Assembly (NCBI RefSeq): GCF_006345805.1
Contig: NW_021830082.1
Coordinates: forward strand, 1-5,695
Direction: 5' to 3'
Source of the DNA: Octopus sinensis
Taxonomy: Eukaryota
DNA length: 5,695 bases
The position numbers were made by a program, and so were the translations under genes. Of the stretch, positions 1 to 5,695 are shown piece by piece; position 1 is the stretch's first letter; every line of letters starts with the position of its first letter. A model generated the notes under the pieces. It worked only from the letters and a program-made list of their open reading frames with translations. It did not search any database and was not told where the DNA came from.

Positions 1-9
1 GTATTCCTA

Positions 10-64
10 TGTGTGTGTGTGTGTGTGTTTGTATGTGTCTGTTTATGTGCCTGTGTGTAAGTGT
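10..64. repeat. (TG)n microsatellite, degenerate at the 3' side
   Basis: Pure tgtgtg run 10-28 followed by interrupted TG units. Confidence 0.95.
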
Positions 65-253
65 ACATCTAGATATAATACTTAACACTAATATTAATAG
101 GGCTAAACGTTGCAGCCACAGGGCATGGCCATGCTAGAACCCCACCATTAGATTTTTTACATTACGCACTTATTTCCCTCTCCAGGATTATGTCTGGTGA
201 AAGAGCGATCGGACAGGAGTACAATTCCACCCTTCTTTGTGTTTACTTAGGAT

Positions 254-274
254 GTGTATATATGTATATATATA

Positions 275-356
<82 letters not shown>

Positions 357-590
357 TAGATAGATAGATAGATAGATGATAGAAAAAAATAGATAGATAG
401 ATAGATAGTTAGATATGTAGATAAATCGATTGATAGATAGATATGTATGTACATACATACGTAACTATATATGTGTGTATGTATATATGATATGTATATA
501 TATATATATATATATAGATGTAAGTGTGTGTGTGTGTGTCTGTGTGTATAGCACACATAGTGTGTATGTATCTATGTTTTATGTATGTGT
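254..590. repeat. Compound microsatellite: (TA)n, then (GATA)n, then mixed (TA)n/(TG)n
   Basis: Near-pure (TA)n ~256-352, (GATA)n ~353-442, TA/TG mixture to ~590. Confidence 0.97.
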
Positions 591-785
591 CTGTTATTGT
601 CGCACCACTATCGATTCTCAACTGATGTCGGTGTGTTTACGTCCCCGTTACATAGCGGTTCGGCAAAAGATACCGATAAAATGAGCAATAGGCTTACAAA
701 GAATAATTCCTGAAGTCGATTTGTCCTACTAAACGCAGTGCACTAGCATGGCCGCAGTCAAATGACTGAAACAGGTCAAAGAATA
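590..785 (+). mobile_element. Diverged 3' portion of an octopus/cephalopod-type SINE-like interspersed repeat; no tRNA-like 5' head recognisable
   Basis: Segments 'gtgtgtttacgtccccgt..tagcggttcggcaaaaga..accgata', 'aggcttacaaagaataa..cct' and 'agcatggccgcagtcaaatgactgaaac' match my recollection of a very abundant Octopus repeat that follows an internal (TA)n(TG)n tract, as seen here. Recognition from memory only; needs a Dfam/RepBase check. Confidence 0.65.
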
Positions 786-792
786 TATTTCT

Positions 793-1283
793 ACACAAAC
801 ACACACACACACACACGCACACACATACATATATATATATAGATAAATAGAGAGAGAGAGATAGACAGTGAGATAGACAGAGAGAGAGAGAGAGATAGAC
901 AGAGAGATACAGTGATAGATACACACACGCATATATTTGTTTGTATATATATCTATATATGTTCCAGCACTAATATATTCAAATATATGTATATTTATAT
1001 ATACATATATATATGTATATTATATATACAAATATATCTATATGTATATATATGTATGTTTAGGTGTGTGCGCCTGTGTGTTCGTGTGTGATTACGTGTG
1101 TGATCTTATGTGTGTGTGTGAGCTCCATAGGAACATATGTACGTGATTCATGCATACATCTTTACATCCATCCATCCATCCATCGGTATGTACATACATC
1201 CATATATTCATACATACATACCTAGATGCATACATACATGCACGCATACATACATATATAAATACATAAAGACATACATATAT
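793..1283. repeat. Compound degenerate microsatellite: (CA)n, (TA)n, (GA)n/(GACA)n, (TG)n, (TCCA)n, (TACA)n
   Basis: Successive short tandem tracts visible directly. Confidence 0.93.
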
Positions 1284-1299
1284 TAACAAAAAATCCATG

Positions 1300-1305
1300 A
1301 CTTAC
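1300..1305 (-). other. 5' splice donor G|GTAAGT
   Basis: Plus strand acttac|c at 1300-1306 is a full match to the GTAAGT consensus, at the edge of the complex-sequence island. Confidence 0.7.
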
Positions 1306-1449
1306 CGTTTTCGATTTCTCTTCCATTTTTCCCATTCTTGAATCTTGATGAAGAATCACGATCGTCAGAACGAGAAGAACCCCAAAAGCTATGAGAGAAG
1401 AAATGGAATAACGCTGCGAAATATTCCTGGACAGTTGTGCGAAATCCAT
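1306..1449 (-). CDS. Probable first coding exon (48 codons) of a single-pass type II membrane protein (signal-anchor; topology typical of Golgi glycosyl-/sulfotransferases); family not identifiable
   Basis: MDFAQLSRNISQRYSISSLIAFGVLLVLTIVILHQDSRMGKMEEKSKT. ATG context caccagaATGG (A at -3, G at +4). In-frame TGA upstream at 1494-1492. A 13-aa N-tail with two Arg, a 20-aa uncharged stretch Y14-L33, then a polar stem. Ends at a consensus donor ACG|GTAAGT (phase 0) where complex sequence gives way to microsatellite. Confidence 0.65.
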
Positions 1450-1623
1450 TCTGGTGACAGTTGTCGGTCGTACGTGATACTTCGTGTGGCTTCAACAAAA
1501 GATCGAGATGCGAGGTTGAAGCTGAAGACCTGTAACTGAATTCCACGTATTTATTGAGCGCACAACAACCCAGCTCTGGCATAGATCTTATCGTAAATTT
1601 ATGAACCAATGCGATTGGTGGAA

Positions 1624-1642
1624 CTGTAAAAGCGGGTGTGAA
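1624..1642 (-). other. Candidate 3' splice acceptor (ttcacacccgcttttacag|), giving an exon of 1623-1306 (318 nt) with a 174-nt 5' UTR part
   Basis: Pyrimidine-rich tract ending TTTTACAG on the minus strand. A weaker alternative (actgtcag|) would start the exon at 1647. Confidence 0.4.
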
Positions 1643-1820
1643 CTTATCTGACAGTTTTAATTATTGGAAAGAGATGGTTTGATATTGTCACACAAGAATT
1701 AGCAAAATATTTTGATGAATGAGAGACACGTGTGAAGTGAAATGATTCCTGTTTCTGGATATATTATGATATATTTATTTACTAATGTTGTTATTTAATT
1801 TTATTTGTTATTCTTGGGAA

Positions 1821-1860
1821 ACTGTTTTAATATTCAGTGTGGGAAGTATTTCGTTCAACC
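1821..1860 (+). repeat. 40-bp direct repeat, copy 1 (TSD-like)
   Basis: actgttttaatattcagtgtgggaagtatttcgttcaacc; 39/40 identical to 2727-2766. Confidence 0.97.
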
Positions 1861-2685
1861 GACAAATACACAGACACAAAGACACACACACACATTCACA
1901 CACACACACACACTGACACACACACACTGACACACACACACTGACACACACACACTGACACACACACACACAAGCACTCACTGACACAAACACCAACACA
2001 CACACACTGACACACAGACACACATACGCACACACACTAACACACACACACACACACACTGACATACACACACACCAACACACACACCAACACACACCAA
2101 CACACACTGACACACACACTGACACACACACACAGATACATTGTCTTACACACACATACATATACTCACACACAAACATACACATTGACACACACACACT
2201 GACGCACACACACACATACACTGACACACAGACACACACACACACTGACACACACACTCCCACAAACACACATACACTGACACACACACTCACACACTGA
2301 CACACACACTCCCACACACACACATACACTGCACACACACATACACTGACACACACACATACACACACACACACACACACCACACACCACTGACATACAC
2401 ACACACCAACACACACACCAACACACACCAACACACACTGACACACACACTGACACACACACACAGATACATTGTCTTACACACACATACATATACTCAC
2501 ACACAAACATACACATTGACACACACACACTGACGCACACACACACATACACTGACACACAGACACACACACACACTGACACACACACTCCCACAAACAC
2601 ACATACACTGACACACACACTCACACACTGACACACACACTCCCACACACACACATACACTGACACACACACATACACTGACACA

Positions 2686-2726
<41 letters not shown>
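1861..2726. repeat. 866-bp interrupted (CA)n array punctuated by CTGA/CCAA/CATA units, with an internal 331-bp-period duplication
   Basis: Recurrent cacacactga motif; the marker 'cagatacattgtcttac' occurs twice, 331 bp apart (ttgtc at 2141 and 2472). Confidence 0.95.
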
Positions 2727-2766
2727 ACTGTTTTAATATCCAGTGTGGGAAGTATTTCGTTCAACC
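2727..2766 (+). repeat. 40-bp direct repeat, copy 2 (TSD-like)
   Basis: actgttttaatatccagtgtgggaagtatttcgttcaacc; single T/C difference (1834 vs 2740). Confidence 0.97.
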
Positions 2767-2896
2767 CACACAGTAATCGCAAGACTTAATCTAATGAAGT
2801 CCGCCGTTCGGATTGGATTCTTCACAACAAGCGTTAATCGGATTAGAAAAGTTTTATGTGAATATCAAAATCAAAACCTACCAATTCCCACCCACC

Positions 2897-3647
2897 CATA
2901 CATACATATATACATACATACATACAGGCATACATACACACATACAAACATACATACATACATGCATATATACACACTCATGTATATACATACATATATA
3001 CATACATACATACATACATACATACACACATACTTACATACATACATACATACATACACACATACATACATATATACATACATACATGCACACATACATT
3101 CAGGTATACATACACACATACATGCACACATACATACATACATACATACAAACATACATACATACATACACACATATATATATACATACATACATTCATA
3201 CATACATACATACATACATACATACATACATACACACATAAATACATACATACATGCATACATCCTCACTCACGTATATACATACATATATACATACATA
3301 CATACATACCCCCATACATACATATATACTTACATACACACACACACATATATATATATACATACACACATACATACACACATACATACATATAAACATA
3401 CATACATACATACACACACATACATACATACATACATACATACTTTCATACATACATACAAGTATGCATATATTTATACATACATGTACGTATGTATACA
3501 TGTATACATAAATGTATTTTTGAATGTAAGCAAGTATATATGGATAGACACATATACACATATATACATATATACATACATACATAATTACGTCCATACA
3601 TACATGCATACATACTTACATCCATCCATCCATCCATACATACATAC
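2897..3647. repeat. Degenerate (TACA)n array, ~750 bp
   Basis: TACA units with many TA/CA/TCCA variants. Confidence 0.97.
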
Positions 3648-4198
3648 TTGGTGGCTGCCCCCTCATTATCGTGTATGGCCATTGCACGAAGCTTAATCAA
3701 TGTTGTTATCTTGCAATGGCTGTGCATGAAGATTTTTTTTAAAGCGAGGAAAGGCTGTGCACTGTGTCAATCCCAGTCACTAAGCAACAGCAGCCATAAT
3801 CCGAAAAGAAGGACAAGTCAACATCATCGGTAACCACTGAGCCGCAGGTTTTATATCGGAGTTATCCCAGTTACCTGAGTTACCTTATCCTAGAGGGATG
3901 CCCTTACAAAGTCTAGGAGTCCTTTACTCCCAATGGTTTAATCGCGCGATCTGGTATTCAGTCCGATTATTTCTATGTCCCCGCGCATGATACAGCCTTA
4001 AGACATATTGGATGGCCGTTGACTCTCAAGAGTTCCTCCGCTCTTTGACGGGTTTTCTTTTTCATCCCGCAGGGTGTCCAATAAACTCTCTCCTCACGAA
4101 GCAAGCTTCGTGGGGTTGCCGGTTTAGTCGCCGACGACCCGACAATGCAACAGGTTGTACTGGGTTACATGTTACCAGTAGCACTCGAAAGTGACCTG
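3648..4198 (-). mobile_element. Short non-coding interspersed element embedded in (TACA)n, probably a non-autonomous RTE-clade derivative (5' UTR-like plus 3' end-like parts) with a (GTAT)n tail
   Basis: Seen: 551 bp of complex, more GC-balanced sequence with sharp junctions to TACA repeats on both sides, no credible ORF, no terminal inverted repeats, many hairpins. Recalled: minus-strand segments 'aactccgatataaaacc', 'cttttcggattat', 'gtgcacagcctttc' and the end 'gaggggcagccaccaa(gtat)n' resemble RTE-type UTRs and tandem-repeat tails. Clade and orientation are inferred. Confidence 0.55.
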
Positions 4199-4672
4199 AC
4201 ATACATACATGCATACATACAAACATACATACATACATGCATACATACATACATATATACATACATACATACATACATGCATGCATACATACATACATAC
4301 ATACATACATACATACATGCATGCATACATACATACATGCATACATACATATATACATACATAAATTCATATATTCATGCATGCATACATACATCCATAC
4401 ATGCATACATAAATACATACATGCATACATACATACATACATACATACATACATACATACATGCATAGTTACATACATACATGCATACATACATACATAC
4501 TTATATACATACATACATACATACATGCATACATACATGCATATATGCATACATACATACATACATGCATGCATACATACATACATACACACATACATGC
4601 ATACATGCATACATACATACATAATACATACATACATGCATACATACATACATGCATACATACATGCATACA

Positions 4673-4705
<33 letters not shown>

Positions 4706-4978
4706 GCATACATACATACATACATACATACATGCATACATACATTCATGCATACATGCATACATACATACATACATACATACATACATGCATACATACA
4801 TACATAATACATACATACATGCATACATACATACATGCATACATACATACATACATACATACATGCATACATACATACATAATACATACATACATGCATA
4901 CATACATACATGCATACATACATGCATACATACATACATACATACATACATACATACATACATACATACATGCATACA
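4199..4978. repeat. (TACA)n array, ~780 bp, with frequent TGCA variants and higher-order duplications
   Basis: TACA/TGCA units; the rare 'ataat' variant recurs at 4621, 4804 and 4879 with identical flanks. Confidence 0.98.
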
Positions 4979-5317
4979 AAAATATCCTGTTCATGTTGTT
5001 GAAATTCCAATGAAAGATACTTGGAACTAAGTTAGAAGCCGTCTCTCTTTCTGTTGGCCAGAAATATTCTATTAAAACCGAATAATGACATTCATACATA
5101 TTTTTAGCTAGTCATTATCACTAGCTTTGAATACATTTCTTCTTGTTTTGTAAATCATAGCCAAACATACATGTACAGTGTCTCCCATTTGAAACTCAAT
5201 TCGCAAGTGCACCTTCCGTATGGACTGCATATGTACGACGGAATTCCATAGTTATGATTAAATTTTCATAGATGAAGCATATTAGACCCCTCAGATATAG
5301 GTTGACCAAATTTAATG

Positions 5318-5323
<6 letters not shown>

Positions 5324-5354
<31 letters not shown>
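5324..5354. repeat. Perfect (TG)15 microsatellite
   Basis: Uninterrupted run. Confidence 0.98.
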
Positions 5355-5356
<2 letters not shown>

Positions 5357-5434
5357 CACTCTCGGTTTGGCCTTCGAAATAAGGTTAATTTGAAATAAGC
5401 TACAAAATAAATCTTACAGCCATGTCAGATTTCA

Positions 5435-5495
5435 ACAAAGTCCCATAATTCTTCCTATTGTAATGGCGGGTTGCATATGCAGCTGCGCATGCTCT
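5435..5495. promoter_or_regulatory. Possible promoter-proximal motif cluster (ZNF143/Staf-like, YY1-like, E-box, NRF1-like)
   Basis: tcccataat 5441-5449, aatggcgg 5462-5469, cagctg 5480-5485, tgcgcatgc 5484-5492, in a local GC/CpG-richer patch upstream of the minus-strand exon. Motif matches only. Confidence 0.3.
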
Positions 5496-5695
5496 GTACA
5501 GCTTAAACACCTGGCGGTCGTTTTAACTGTTTAATTATGCCGCTGAATCAAAAGATTAATTTGAAGATCTACCAGCGTCCGTATTCTCTGCAATCGTTTA
5601 CGATTTACAACCAAGAAAATATTTGTAATCTAGAGAAGCGAATGCAGATTTACCCATTAGACTAATAATAGTGGGATAGTAAACATTAATAATCT

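Noticed and set aside
168-186. Plus-strand acceptor-like tract (cttatttccctctccag|G)
   Set aside because: No convincing downstream donor or ORF, and opposite to the inferred gene strand
243-1298. Short YI/CV/LS-rich ORFs
   Set aside because: Translations of TA/TG/GA/GATA microsatellites that lack stops by composition
1345-1539. 64-aa plus-strand ORF
   Set aside because: Antisense to the better-supported minus-strand exon; no recognisable motif or splice support
1808-2724. Cys/Val-rich ORFs of up to 218 aa (metallothionein-like appearance)
   Set aside because: Simply (TG)n read as CVCV; no non-repetitive coding content
1821-2766. 40-bp direct repeat as a CRISPR array or LTR pair
   Set aside because: Only two copies, separated by 866 bp of simple repeat; no cas genes; eukaryotic context; too short for LTRs and lacking TG..CA ends, PBS or PPT
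3669-3740. Hairpin plus T-run as a bacterial intrinsic terminator, or U6-like snRNA
   Set aside because: Context is eukaryotic and the stem-loop is too long; no ACAGAGA box or other U6 match
3648-4194. ORFs 3648-3833 and 4012-4194 as transposon proteins
   Set aside because: About 60 aa each with no RT, endonuclease or transposase motifs
4141-4198. Hammerhead ribozyme (three-way junction with CGAAA on the plus strand)
   Set aside because: No CUGANGA core on either strand, and the GAAA lies in a hairpin loop/stem rather than the junction
2743-5099. Long HTYI / MYVC ORFs (up to 317 aa), resembling His-rich proteins
   Set aside because: (TACA)n is stop-free in all frames, and overlapping ORFs on both strands are the signature of a tetranucleotide repeat
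5214-5243. ttccgt...acggaa inverted repeat
   Set aside because: Only 6 bp; expected by chance

Overview
Eukaryotic (animal) genomic DNA, not prokaryotic. Roughly 55-60% is simple-sequence repeat ((TG)n, (TA)n, (GATA)n, (CA)n, (TACA)n), and nearly all ORFs in the track are artefacts of these repeats. A fragment at ~590-785 resembles, from memory, the 3' half of an abundant octopus/cephalopod SINE-like repeat, so a cephalopod source is likely but unverified. Four things are not explained by simple repeats. (1) A probable first coding exon on the minus strand (ATG 1449 in strong Kozak context, GTAAGT donor after 1306) encodes a type II signal-anchor N-terminus and is overlapped by a second open frame. 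(2) An 866-bp CA-rich insert is bracketed by a 40-bp direct repeat (39/40 identical, TSD-like) and contains a 331-bp internal tandem duplication. (3) A 551-bp non-coding, structure-rich element (3648-4198) sits between two ~750-780-bp (TACA)n arrays. It is probably a short non-autonomous RTE-type retroelement on the minus strand, and its presumed 5' end folds into a three-way junction plus tetraloop hairpins (candidate ribozyme or structured leader). (4) A possible promoter motif cluster lies at ~5435-5495. Family assignments rest on recall and inference, with no database search.
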